From an uncultured Spirochaetota bacterium (lineage in GTDB: Bacteria; Spirochaetota; UBA4802; UBA5550): 64,000 bases of DNA. Below are positions 1 to 9,994 of the stretch, one piece after another. Position 1 is the first letter of the stretch. The number at the start of each line of letters is the position of its first letter. The notes below the pieces were generated by a model. The model was not told the DNA's origin and did not search any database. It saw only the letters and a list, made by a program, of their open reading frames with translations. The position numbers and the translations under genes are program-made. The stretch is taken from the NCBI GenBank assembly GCA_963827275.1, contig CAWHAA010000006.1, forward strand, positions 128,001-192,000, written 5' to 3'.

Positions 1-288
1 TTTCTTGAATTGAAGCTCGCAATCGTATGAGAGGTGCTGGTAACAGCAGCCGCCGCATTGCTCATGGAAAGGGCACGCGGGCTCGATACGGGAACCGGAC
101 CGGCTGACGATGGTCTCAACCGCGCCGAGGGAATAATCTTTTTTGTCTTCGGTTATGCGCACCAGGACTTCTTCGCCGGGAGCGGTATAGGGGACCAGGA
201 CGGCCTTGCCGTCAAGGCGGCCCAGGGAATACCCGCCGTAGAGGGGCTTTTCAATGAGGAGGGAAATGGTTCGTGCTCGTTGGGACAT
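1..288 (-). CDS. rlmD: 23S rRNA (uracil-C5)-methyltransferase RlmD/RumA family, N-terminal part only (runs off the window edge)
   Basis: Not in the ORF track; my translation from ATG at 288 is MSQRARTISLLIEKPLYGGYSLGRLDGKAVLVPYTAPGEEVLVRITEDKKDY...EPACPFHEQCGGCCYQHLSY, i.e. a TRAM domain plus the CPxxxxCGGC Fe-S motif. Confidence 0.85.
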   Translation of the reverse strand, partial: MSQRARTISLLIEKPLYGGYSLGRLDGKAVLVPYTAPGEEVLVRITEDKKDYSLGAVETIVSRSGSRIEPACPFHEQCGGCCYQHLSYDCELQFKK

Positions 289-441
289 ATTTCAATCGAT
301 CCGCATAAATTCTGTTTGACAATCGACCGTCACCGGCGTATCAGATTTGTGTTATGCAGGGATGTAACAATATCAGTCAATCCATTTCCGATATTACAGA
401 TAAAATGGAGTGATTCTATCATTTCGCTTCCGGGCAATCAA

Positions 442-2001
442 ATGAAGAATATCGTGATCGTACTGCTCTTTTTCGCGCACCTCGCGGTGATACCCTCCTG
501 CAAGAGCAGAGGTGTCATGGAGAAGGAACCGAATAATTCATTCTCCACTGCGGGCGCGGTTACGGTGGACGCGTCGCATCTCGGGTACATGGGCGGGCCC
601 GGCGACCGTGATTTTTACATCTACTCTTCAGAGGGCAGGGGGGCCATCGACATCCAGGTCTCGGGTGTCAAGGGGATCAACCTGGCCTTCAAAATCTGGC
701 GCGGGGAAGAGGAGCCGCGGCTCCTGAAATATGTCGATGATAACCGGAAATCCTCACCGGAACGGCTGGCAAACCTTTCCGTGGCGCCGGGCACCTATTA
801 CATCGAGATTCTGCAGAGCGACCGCGATGCCAAAAAACCGAACAGGGAGATCCCCTATGAATTAACGCTGAAGATGAGGGATGCTGTCTCGGAAGAATCG
901 GAACCGAACGACTCGAGGGACGATGCGGACACCCTGAGCGCGGATGGCGGGATTACCGGCTATTATTCACCCGCCTACAACAGGCTCAATGAGGAAGGGG
1001 ACACCCTCCACCGCGAAGAGGACTGGTTCGTGCTGGATATCTCGCTGAAGCAGGATGAGACCCGGCTCCTGGACCTGTCGCTTTCAGGGGTGATCGGCAT
1101 AAATTCGGTCATGGCCCTCTATGATTCAGGGGGAAACCTCCTGGCGGAAACCGATAACGGAGGTCCTGACGAGCCTGAATCGATATCAGGGGCGGGGATT
1201 AAAAAATCAGGGAGCTATTATGTCCTCGTGTGGTCAAAAGGATATACCGCCAGCCATGAAGAGCCCTATCGACTGGCCGCCACCCTCAGAGAGCACGATG
1301 CAGGGGTTGAGATCGAGCCAAACGGGGACCCCGAAAGGTGCAATGTAATTCAAAACAATATTATAACGGGACGGATCAATACAAAGGACGACATTGATAT
1401 GTTTCTGTACGAGGGAATGGACGGTCCCTCCTTTTTCAGGATTGAGCTGAAGCCTCCCGAGGACATGGACGTCATGCTGGCGATCCAGGGGAATGACCGG
1501 GAAAAGATCACGGAATGCAATAGTGGCGGCAGGGGCAAGAAGGAAGTGTACCCGAATTATTTTGCAGCAGGAAGCTTCTATATAACAATAACGGCAAAGA
1601 CAGGGGAGAAGCTCCCCGATGGCGAGTATGTGCTGACCGTTGCCCCGCTCGGCGACAGGGAGGGCCATGAGCGGGAGCCGAACAATGAAATTGCGCAGGC
1701 GGGGCAGATCAAAGGAGCCTCCGTCACCGGTTATACCTCGTCGAGGGGCGACAAGGACTATTTCAGGATCAGCCATGATGTGCGGGTGAAGGAGCGGTTC
1801 GAGATTCGCGGACCGAAGGGCGGCGCGATCAGGGTGTCGATTACCGATCCGCTCGGTTATATCATAAAAACCATTGACGCGGTGGGCGATCGGGCCATGA
1901 CGTTCAGCGAGATGATTGACAAGAAAGGCTATATTATCGTAGAGTCCATAAAAGAAGATTACGATGCTCCGTATATCATATACTTCAGAGGTGCACAATG
2001 A
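442..2001 (+). CDS. Lipoprotein with four PPC-like (pre-peptidase C-terminal type) beta-sandwich repeats
   Basis: Start reassigned to ATG 442 (MKNIVIVLLFFAHLAVIPSC, lipobox-like Cys); repeats open with EKEPNN, ESEPND, EIEPNG, EREPNN followed by D-x-D-(F/W/M/Y) motifs. Confidence 0.7.
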   Translation: MKNIVIVLLFFAHLAVIPSCKSRGVMEKEPNNSFSTAGAVTVDASHLGYMGGPGDRDFYIYSSEGRGAIDIQVSGVKGINLAFKIWRGEEEPRLLKYVDDNRKSSPERLANLSVAPGTYYIEILQSDRDAKKPNREIPYELTLKMRDAVSEESEPNDSRDDADTLSADGGITGYYSPAYNRLNEEGDTLHREEDWFVLDISLKQDETRLLDLSLSGVIGINSVMALYDSGGNLLAETDNGGPDEPESISGAGIKKSGSYYVLVWSKGYTASHEEPYRLAATLREHDAGVEIEPNGDPERCNVIQNNIITGRINTKDDIDMFLYEGMDGPSFFRIELKPPEDMDVMLAIQGNDREKITECNSGGRGKKEVYPNYFAAGSFYITITAKTGEKLPDGEYVLTVAPLGDREGHEREPNNEIAQAGQIKGASVTGYTSSRGDKDYFRISHDVRVKERFEIRGPKGGAIRVSITDPLGYIIKTIDAVGDRAMTFSEMIDKKGYIIVESIKEDYDAPYIIYFRGAQ

Positions 2002-2465
2002 AAAAGGCCGTGTCCCGGCTCTCGGTACTGTTATTAATATCCCTCATCGCGGGATGCGCAACAACCCCTGACGGAGGAGTTGACGCCGGCGACCCCTACA
2101 AGCGGCCTGAAAAGTATAATTTCCGCTTCGTCGGGGCCGATGCGGAGATAGACAATCCTGAAAATGACCGCCATTCCTACTACAAGGTTTTTATCGACAA
2201 GGCCGAGGAGGGAAGGACCACAACCGGGCTTGAATCACAGGCCAAGTCATACGAGGCCACGCTGCAGCCAAACCGGCACCTGATCACGGTGGAAAAGTGG
2301 GTGCTTGACCGGAAAACGTCGAGCTATGTCAAGCTGAACAACATCGAGCAGCCGAAGCCGAATTTTTTCTATTTCGACCTGCCGGAAAACAGGGTCGTGA
2401 CCATCGACATGAAGACAATGAAGGACGGACAGGCCGAATACAGTGTCGATTTTGAGAGGAAGTAA
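1998..2465 (+). CDS. Hypothetical lipoprotein
   Basis: Signal peptide with LIAGC lipobox; ATGA overlap with the upstream gene. Confidence 0.75.
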   Translation: MKKAVSRLSVLLLISLIAGCATTPDGGVDAGDPYKRPEKYNFRFVGADAEIDNPENDRHSYYKVFIDKAEEGRTTTGLESQAKSYEATLQPNRHLITVEKWVLDRKTSSYVKLNNIEQPKPNFFYFDLPENRVVTIDMKTMKDGQAEYSVDFERK

Positions 2466-2472
2466 CCCGCGA

Positions 2473-2491
2473 GGCGGGGCAATGCCCCGCC
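2473..2491. terminator. GC-rich hairpin between convergent genes
   Basis: GGCGGGGC-AAT-GCCCCGCC; no clear U tract. Confidence 0.4.
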
Positions 2492-2501
2492 CCCGGTTCC
2501 G

Positions 2502-3536
2502 TCAGTCGAGTATGCTGCTGTCCGGTTTTTCCTTCCGGGATACCCTGTTCTGGTAATAGCTCTTTGCGACGGCAAGGGGGAGCTCGTAATCCTGCCGCGC
2601 GTTCCACATGATATACCCCTTGATCCCCGCGTCGTGGGCGGCCTTTACCTGGTCGTGGACATATTTTTCATAGGGGATGCCCGACATCTTCATCTTGAAC
2701 GCCTGTATGTAGGTGACGATCATGGCGTTTTTGCTTCTCTCCTTCGCCCGTACGGAGGTTTCATGCACCGTGTAGTAGGGGTCGGTATAGAACTTCTTGC
2801 TCCAGGTGTAATGTGACGGATAGGCCATGGGACAGATGATATCGGCGACCTTGTCGAGGCTCTCCATCTTCTGCCCGATGATATCGTCCCTGTTGAGGGG
2901 GATCCGTCCGAACACGTCGGCTGCGATGAGCACGTTGTATTTTTTTATCCGGGCGCGCGCCTTCAGTATGAAATCCTCTATGTATTTGTAGCGCTCGGCG
3001 TAGGTGAGGTGACGGGTGCTTCCCGAATCATTGAAGCGTATGTAGTCGAACTGTATCTCCTTGAACCCGTTTTTACAGGCGTCTTCGGCTATCGTGATCC
3101 TGTCCTCGATGTGGCTGTCGGAGGCGGGATAGTGCCTGAGGCCGTCCGGGAACACGACGATACGGGCGATCGGATGTATTCCGTTGTCCTTGCAGTACTG
3201 GACGTTGACGGCGGGGACCATGCACTTGACGAATTTGGCGCTCTGGACGTCAAGCACCATGGTGTTCATCCCCGCGGATTTCGCCTTTGCGACCAGCTCC
3301 TTGAGCCTGGTGATATTGTTGGCGGAGGACACGGTAAGGTAAATCCCGCGGTAAAACTCGGGATAGCGGTAGTTGCTGTCTTCTGATGGGCTCCCGCTGT
3401 TTTGGGAGCTGAAAAATTGGGCGACGACGATATTGCCCTGCTGCGCTTCGTTCAATGACGTGAATATCCTGCCCGGCAGGTTGGTGACGATCAGGAAACC
3501 GGCGGTGAGCAGCAGCAACAGACAAAATTTTTTCAT
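2502..3536 (-). CDS. Putative glycoside hydrolase (DUF4015-like TIM barrel), exported
   Basis: Signal peptide; motifs RGIYLT, IARIVVFPD, GFKEIQFDYIRF, PMAYPSHY, YIQAF, WNA. Confidence 0.75.
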   Translation of the reverse strand: MKKFCLLLLLTAGFLIVTNLPGRIFTSLNEAQQGNIVVAQFFSSQNSGSPSEDSNYRYPEFYRGIYLTVSSANNITRLKELVAKAKSAGMNTMVLDVQSAKFVKCMVPAVNVQYCKDNGIHPIARIVVFPDGLRHYPASDSHIEDRITIAEDACKNGFKEIQFDYIRFNDSGSTRHLTYAERYKYIEDFILKARARIKKYNVLIAADVFGRIPLNRDDIIGQKMESLDKVADIICPMAYPSHYTWSKKFYTDPYYTVHETSVRAKERSKNAMIVTYIQAFKMKMSGIPYEKYVHDQVKAAHDAGIKGYIMWNARQDYELPLAVAKSYYQNRVSRKEKPDSSILD

Positions 3537-4002
3537 AAGGACCTCGGAATAGTAAATTTGAAGGATAGAAAAGCTTCTGCAGTGAAATAATAAAAGTATT
3601 ATTTTACATCAAACATGGTTTTTTCATTTTAAATGATACTATTCACACCACTGGCGTTCCGGTGATGAACACAGGTTTTCCATCCTATGGTTAATATCGA
3701 CATTGAGATCGGAATATATTTATAATTATACCAATTTCGCTAATTTTTTATAAACAATTTTTAATATAAATAATAATTATTTATTTTCTGCTATTGACAT
3801 GGGTATCGTTTTTTATTATCTATATTAATAATAAACAAAGTACGCAAATTGTCCGCATCACGCTGTCAAAAGGATACCTCAACGCGGATTTCAATGTACA
3901 AGTGATCCTGAACGTCAATCGGTCCAGGCTCGTTATTGATTGTATGCGACGTGCCATGAGTTTTCTTTTGTAAAAGCTAAAATTTTATTGTCACGGTGTT
4001 AC

Positions 4003-5772
4003 ATGTATATTCCGCCTGAAACGTTAGACCTGATCAGGGGCAAGGTTGTCATTGAGGATGTTATCAAGCGATATGTTCCCTCATTGAAAAAAAGGGGGAA
4101 AAATTACACCGGACTGTGCCCCTTTCACAAGGAAAAGACGCCTTCATTTTCGGTCTCACCTGACAAGCAGATATTCTATTGTTTCGGCTGCCACACCGGC
4201 GGCAACATTTTCAATTTTATATCCAGGATTGAGCGCCTCGAGTTCCCGGAGAGCGTCAGGTTCGTGGCTGACATGGTCGGGGTCGAGATCGCGCCGGAAA
4301 ACCGGGCGGAATCGGACGCCCTGGAAGCGCTCCACCGCCTGAACCGAGGCGCGATGGAGCTGTACCATGCGCATATAAAGAGCCCCGCTGGCAGGAAGGG
4401 GCTTGCATACATTACGGGACGGGGAGTTACCATAGAGAGCATAAATGACTTCAAGATAGGATATGCTCCCGATTCCTGGGATTTCCTTGTCCGCGGCCTG
4501 GTCAAATCGGCACGGGACCGGGAGCAGGCGGAACGCATGGGGCTTATCAAGCTGAGCCAGAAACGCGCGAACAGCTATTACGACGTCTTCCGGGACAGGG
4601 TCATGTTTCCCATCATGGACCTGGGCGGCAACGTAGTCGGTTTCGGCGGCAGGACCATAGGCGATGACCCCCGCAAGTATCTCAATTCGTCGGAATCGGA
4701 GGTCTTTAAAAAGCGGAACATCCTGTACGGCCTCAACCGCGCGAGGGACTCGATACGGGAGCTCGACCGCGCCATTGTGGTGGAAGGCTACCTTGACGTC
4801 ATCGGGTGCCATCAGGCGGGGATCACGAATGTCATCGCGCCGCTGGGCACCGCCATGACAACCGACCAGATTAAAATGCTCGGCCATTTCTGCACCGAGA
4901 TCATATTCCTGTTCGACGCCGATTCAGCCGGCCTGAAGGCCGCCGTTCGGTCGCTGGACCTGTCCGAGGAGACGAACCTGAATATCAGGATCGGCATGCT
5001 GCCGAAGGGGGACCCGTTCGATTTTATACTGGCGAAGGGGCCCCGGGAGTTCATGGCGGTCGTGGATACCTCGATGCGGCCGACCGATTTCAGGATCGCG
5101 CGGATCATGGACAATATAGGCACGCTCGGCCGGGCCGGCGCTCTGATGCAGATATTCGGGGTGATTCGGGACATGCGTCTTGAAACCGAGCGGAGTGAGT
5201 ATCTCAAGAAGACAAGCGCGTTGCTCAATGTCGATGAAAATTCAGTGCGGGCTGACTTCAGGAGCTACCTGAAGAACCAGCAGCCGGCGATGGTAAAAAA
5301 TGAACAGTCTAAGATAAACGACCAGGTAGATGTCATGGCGAGGGGCTTCAGGGACCTGGTCCGGTTGATATGTAATTATCCGGAGCTGCTAAAAAAAGCG
5401 GTCATCGATTTCCCGGCAAGCGAGATACCGGACCAGCTCGCGAGAAATATATTGCAAAAAATGTACGAATTGCACCAGGAAAACAGTGAATTTTTAATAG
5501 ATAAAATATTTGACTTTTTCAATCATGGCCCGGAAATGGATTTTTTGAATCAGGCCATAAACGGCGAGTTTACGGTGGAGAATCCGGGATCGGCCTACAC
5601 TGAAATTTATCTTAAGATGAAAGTGTACGCGATTGACGATAAAATTAATAAATATGACGCATTATTGAAATCAACACCCGGCGTTAATTCCAACATCTAT
5701 TTGACCGAGATCGAGGTCTTGAGAAGAGAAAAGGAGAAGCTGTTGCATTTTGTGTACAACAAGGTGTCCTGA
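4003..5772 (+). CDS. dnaG: DNA primase
   Basis: CHC2 zinc finger CPFHKEKTPSF...CFGC, KYLNS, TOPRIM VVEGYLDVI and FDADSAG; start reassigned to ATG 4003; precedes rpoD. Confidence 0.97.
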   Translation: MYIPPETLDLIRGKVVIEDVIKRYVPSLKKRGKNYTGLCPFHKEKTPSFSVSPDKQIFYCFGCHTGGNIFNFISRIERLEFPESVRFVADMVGVEIAPENRAESDALEALHRLNRGAMELYHAHIKSPAGRKGLAYITGRGVTIESINDFKIGYAPDSWDFLVRGLVKSARDREQAERMGLIKLSQKRANSYYDVFRDRVMFPIMDLGGNVVGFGGRTIGDDPRKYLNSSESEVFKKRNILYGLNRARDSIRELDRAIVVEGYLDVIGCHQAGITNVIAPLGTAMTTDQIKMLGHFCTEIIFLFDADSAGLKAAVRSLDLSEETNLNIRIGMLPKGDPFDFILAKGPREFMAVVDTSMRPTDFRIARIMDNIGTLGRAGALMQIFGVIRDMRLETERSEYLKKTSALLNVDENSVRADFRSYLKNQQPAMVKNEQSKINDQVDVMARGFRDLVRLICNYPELLKKAVIDFPASEIPDQLARNILQKMYELHQENSEFLIDKIFDFFNHGPEMDFLNQAINGEFTVENPGSAYTEIYLKMKVYAIDDKINKYDALLKSTPGVNSNIYLTEIEVLRREKEKLLHFVYNKVS

Positions 5773-5856
5773 CCACGGTCCGGGCGTGCAACGGCGGGAA
5801 TTCCCGGGAAGCGAATATCTATACATTACAAACATTATAAAGGATAGGTCCGCAGC

Positions 5857-7626
5857 ATGAGCAAGAAAGAGATGACACTGGATGCCGTCCCCGAAGTGAA
5901 GAAACTGATCGAGATCGGGAAGCTGAACGGCGAGGTGACGTATGACGAGATCAACGACATTCTTCCGGACAAGCTGCTAAACTCCGAAAAGATCGACGAC
6001 GTGTTTATCCTTCTGAACCAGATGGGCATCGAGGTCGTGGAGGAATCCACCAGGAAGGACCAGTCGCTGCCCGGCGTCAGAAAGAAGAGCGGGACTGCCG
6101 CGAAGAAAAGCCTTTCCACGCAGACAGAAACATCCCATGTCGACGACCCCATCCGCCTCTACCTGAAGGAGATCGGCAAGGTGTCGCTTCTCTCGGGAGA
6201 CCAGGAGGTCGATCTCGCCAAGCGTATTGAGGACGGTGAGATCTTAATAGAGGAAACGGTCTACAACTCAACACTTCTTGTCAATGACCTCATCAAAAAC
6301 TACTCGAAGATAAAGAGCGGCAAGATAAAGCTGACCGACGTGCTCAAGGTGAACAGGCTCTATTATTTTTCATCGGTCGACCTTGACAAGCTCGAGAAAA
6401 AGTTCCACGAGACCATGAAGGTCATCATAGAAGATGACAACAAGATGATCCAGTTCGGGAACAAGCTCAAGAAGGTGGACCCGGAATCCAAGAAGGCGGA
6501 GGAATTCAAGGAGAAGATCGACGCGTCCAGGACGAACATCCGCAAGACGATACGGAACCTGGACATCAACGACAACGAGATCAACAAGCTCTCCGCGAAG
6601 ATCAAGTCCATGGTGGCGCGCATACAGGAGACCTACGAGTTCTTCGAGGAAATCGAGAAGGACTTCCACCGCGACCTTAAAGAGCTGAAACACCTTGCGC
6701 GCAAGCTTGAAAAGGGCGAAAGCATCACGAAGATATGCAAGGAACTGGGCATCAAGAACAAGGACGGCCTTCTTGAGGTCATTAAGAACGTTCGCAACAA
6801 CGAGCGGAAGATACGGCGGATAGAGCAGGAGGCGGGGGCGACCGCCGACGATATAATGGACTGGGGCAAGCAGATAAACACCGGCCAGAAGAAGATTTCG
6901 ATGGCCAAGAAAGAGCTTATCAACGCGAACCTACGCCTTGTCGTGTCCATCGCCAAGAAGTACGCGAACCGCGGTATGCACTTCTTCGACCTGATACAGG
7001 AAGGCAACATCGGCCTCATCAAGGCGGTCGACAAGTTCGAATACAAGAAGGGGTATAAATTCTCGACCTACGCGACCTGGTGGATACGCCAGGCCATCAC
7101 ACGCGCCATCTCCGACCAGGCGCGGACCATACGGGTCCCGGTGCACATGATCGAGCAGATCAACAAGGTGATGCGAGAGACGCGCCTCTTCCAGCAGGAG
7201 TTCGGCCGCGAGCCGTCGCCCGAGGAGCTCTCCGACCGGCTCGGGTGGGTCGTCGGCAAGGTCAAGGCGGTCAAAAACGTGGCGCGGGAGCCGATCTCCC
7301 TTGAAACGCCGGTCGGCGAGGAGGAGGATTCGCTCCTCGGCGACTTCATCGAGGACAAGGAGGTTGATTCACCGGCCAACACCGCCGCCTACCGCCTTCT
7401 CTCAGAGCAGATCAACGCTGTCCTGTCGACCCTTCCCGCGCGGGAGCAAAAGGTCATCAGGATGCGCTTCGGCCTTGACGACGGGTACTCGCACACCCTC
7501 GAGGAGGTGGGCTACGTGTTCAAGGTCACCAGGGAGCGCATCCGGCAGATCGAGGCAAAGGCCCTGCGGCGCCTGCGCCATCCGACCCGCGCGCGCAAAT
7601 TAAAGGACTACCTCGACCACGTATAG
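5857..7626 (+). CDS. rpoD: RNA polymerase primary sigma factor RpoD
   Basis: Region 1.1/1.2 [64 protein letters not shown]. Confidence 0.98.
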   Translation: MSKKEMTLDAVPEVKKLIEIGKLNGEVTYDEINDILPDKLLNSEKIDDVFILLNQMGIEVVEESTRKDQSLPGVRKKSGTAAKKSLSTQTETSHVDDPIRLYLKEIGKVSLLSGDQEVDLAKRIEDGEILIEETVYNSTLLVNDLIKNYSKIKSGKIKLTDVLKVNRLYYFSSVDLDKLEKKFHETMKVIIEDDNKMIQFGNKLKKVDPESKKAEEFKEKIDASRTNIRKTIRNLDINDNEINKLSAKIKSMVARIQETYEFFEEIEKDFHRDLKELKHLARKLEKGESITKICKELGIKNKDGLLEVIKNVRNNERKIRRIEQEAGATADDIMDWGKQINTGQKKISMAKKELINANLRLVVSIAKKYANRGMHFFDLIQEGNIGLIKAVDKFEYKKGYKFSTYATWWIRQAITRAISDQARTIRVPVHMIEQINKVMRETRLFQQEFGREPSPEELSDRLGWVVGKVKAVKNVAREPISLETPVGEEEDSLLGDFIEDKEVDSPANTAAYRLLSEQINAVLSTLPAREQKVIRMRFGLDDGYSHTLEEVGYVFKVTRERIRQIEAKALRRLRHPTRARKLKDYLDHV

Positions 7627-7684
7627 GCCGGCACGGTACCGGGACGGCTGCACGTGACGGCACACTCCATAGCACGGTGACGAA

Positions 7685-9988
7685 ATGCGCCAGATAAAGA
7701 GAGTTTCGATTATCGGTGCGGGTTCGTGGGGCACCGCTGTTGCCAAATCGATCGCGGAATCAAAGCCGCACCTTGCCGTTGTCATGTGGGCCTATGAGCG
7801 CCCCGTGGCCGCTTCAATCAATTCATCTCATGAGAACGCCGAGTTCCTTCCCGGGACGCAGCTTCCCGCGTCAATAACCGCAACGAACGACCTCGAGGAG
7901 GCGGTCAAAGGAACGGATGTCGTCATCCTTGCTACGCCCTCGAAGGCGGCGTACGATGTATGCCGTAAAATGGCGAAGCACGTAACGGGCGAGATGTACG
8001 TCGGCTTCCTGACCAAGGGCTTCTGCAAGATAGACGGGCAGGTGCTGACAATATCACAGGCGATGGAGAGGGCCATGCCCCGGACCGCGGGGAGGATCGT
8101 CGCCATCTCGGGACCGAGCCACGCCGAAGAGGTGTGCCGGCGGTTCCATACCTGCCTGAACGCCGGGAGCGAATCGGAGGAGGCCAGGACCGTCATCGCG
8201 GGGCTCCTTACATCGGAATGGGTCCAGTGCCGGACCACCGCGGACATACGCGCCGTGGAGGTGGGCGGGACGCTGAAAAACCCCGCGGCCATCGCGGCCG
8301 GCATGATCAGCGCACTGCCGCGGTGCGGCGACAACCTGGCGGGCGCCCTCATCTCGGAGGCGCTCAAGGAGATGGTGCGGCTCGGCAGGGTGTTCGGCAT
8401 CAGCGAGGACGGCATGATCGACATCTCGGGTCTCGGCGACCTTGTCGCAACGGCCCTGAGCCAGCACAGCAGGAACCGCAGGTTCGGCAGGGACATCGCC
8501 GGCCAGATCATGACAAAGGGGAACGCACTCAATCTCTGGGACCGGATTGTGCTGCGGGTCAGGCCGTACAGCGTGATCGAGCGGATGGGCGGGAAATTCC
8601 ACTACCTCGCCGAAGGCGCCTATGCGATCGAGCCGCTGATCGAGCTGGCTGAAAAAGAAAAAATATCAATACCGGTCTACCGCGCACTCTACGAGGTGCT
8701 GTTGAACAAGAAGGACCCATCGCTCCTCATCGAGACCATAAAGAACCCGGAGCGGTTCAACGAGCTGTTTTTCAGCACGAAGATACAGATTGCCGGCAGG
8801 AAGAGGGGCCTTGAGACGATCAAGGGCAAAGCGTTCAGGGAGCACATCATCGCCATGACGATGGAGCGCTTCGTCGCGAAAAAGAATGACGGATTGCTGC
8901 CATACGGCACGGGCGACGTGATACACGCCCTCGCTGATTCCCTCCGGAAGCAGGGGATCACCGGCGCGGAGGCGGCGATTATCCGCGGCATGAACAGCGA
9001 TAACTACGGTGATTCAATCAGCCGGCTTGCGGGCATGTATATCGATGATATCGCCGACAGCTACAGCACCTGGTTCAAGTGGCTCTGCCTCATCGGGTTT
9101 GCGTTTTCCCGCATCGGCTCACTGTTCATGAAAAGAACGAACGGGCTCGTCGTTTCGGGTCCGCTGGATGAAATACGCAGGGTCGGCAGACAGGTTACCA
9201 TCCTGTACGCTGCGCCGTTCCAGGACCGGCGCGATGCTATGTTCGCCGCTATGTCAATCGCGCGCTCGCGGCTGCCGTTTCCGCGCTTTCAGGTTGACGC
9301 AGGGCTCGGGGCGCGTGAACGGTTGCTGCTGAAGAGGTGCGGGGGGTTCACCATCGACAGGAATAAGCTCGACAACATGGTATACCGTGAAACGCTGGTG
9401 CAGTACCTTTCCACCATGGCGGGACACGGTGTCCCGGTGCTTTCCATGCTCCCCATCGGGACGGAAGCCACGGCGCAGGGCGAACGCAATGTCCTTGTCT
9501 CTGCCATAACCGAATGCATGTACCGGCATGCTGCCGAACTGGCCCTGGTCCCGTTCGGCGTATCCTATCTCGGCAGGCCGGGAGACGGTGGCGCCGCTCC
9601 CTCGTTCAGGGACCTCCTGTCCGCTACCGCATGGGTCAATTTCTCAAAACCGATCCGGCTTTCCGAATACACGAAACAACCGCATATGATGGTAGGTCTT
9701 CCCGGGATCGTCGCCGGCATCTGGGAGAAGGAGAGAAAAATCCTGCCGCATTACCTCCTCTGCAAGGCGCTCGCGGAACATGGATTTTCCGTAAAACAGG
9801 CGGATGCTATCGTGTTCGTGAAGAAGTACATGCGGCGTGCCGGCAGGCGATTCGATCACAACCCGACACGGACCGTCCGCAAGGGATTGGCATATCTCGA
9901 GGAGAGCGGGGTTGCCACGTCCGATGGTGTAACTATAGAGGCGGCAGACAGGGAGATGGTCAGCTACTACGCCGGCCTTGTCCCATGA
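7685..9988 (+). CDS. gpsA: NAD(P)H-dependent glycerol-3-phosphate dehydrogenase with a C-terminal degenerate PlsB/GPAT-like acyltransferase domain
   Basis: GAGSWGTA, SGPSHAEEV, GGTLKN, GLGDLVAT, SRNRRFG; about 400 extra C-terminal residues resembling GPAT blocks (LLKRCGGFTIDR, VYRETLVQYL, LVPFGVSY). Confidence 0.88.
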   Translation: MRQIKRVSIIGAGSWGTAVAKSIAESKPHLAVVMWAYERPVAASINSSHENAEFLPGTQLPASITATNDLEEAVKGTDVVILATPSKAAYDVCRKMAKHVTGEMYVGFLTKGFCKIDGQVLTISQAMERAMPRTAGRIVAISGPSHAEEVCRRFHTCLNAGSESEEARTVIAGLLTSEWVQCRTTADIRAVEVGGTLKNPAAIAAGMISALPRCGDNLAGALISEALKEMVRLGRVFGISEDGMIDISGLGDLVATALSQHSRNRRFGRDIAGQIMTKGNALNLWDRIVLRVRPYSVIERMGGKFHYLAEGAYAIEPLIELAEKEKISIPVYRALYEVLLNKKDPSLLIETIKNPERFNELFFSTKIQIAGRKRGLETIKGKAFREHIIAMTMERFVAKKNDGLLPYGTGDVIHALADSLRKQGITGAEAAIIRGMNSDNYGDSISRLAGMYIDDIADSYSTWFKWLCLIGFAFSRIGSLFMKRTNGLVVSGPLDEIRRVGRQVTILYAAPFQDRRDAMFAAMSIARSRLPFPRFQVDAGLGARERLLLKRCGGFTIDRNKLDNMVYRETLVQYLSTMAGHGVPVLSMLPIGTEATAQGERNVLVSAITECMYRHAAELALVPFGVSYLGRPGDGGAAPSFRDLLSATAWVNFSKPIRLSEYTKQPHMMVGLPGIVAGIWEKERKILPHYLLCKALAEHGFSVKQADAIVFVKKYMRRAGRRFDHNPTRTVRKGLAYLEESGVATSDGVTIEAADREMVSYYAGLVP

Positions 9989-9994
9989 CGCCTG

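Noticed and set aside
34..441. N-terminal extension of the 655-aa ORF
   Set aside because: Overlaps rlmD on the opposite strand; the signal peptide begins at ATG 442
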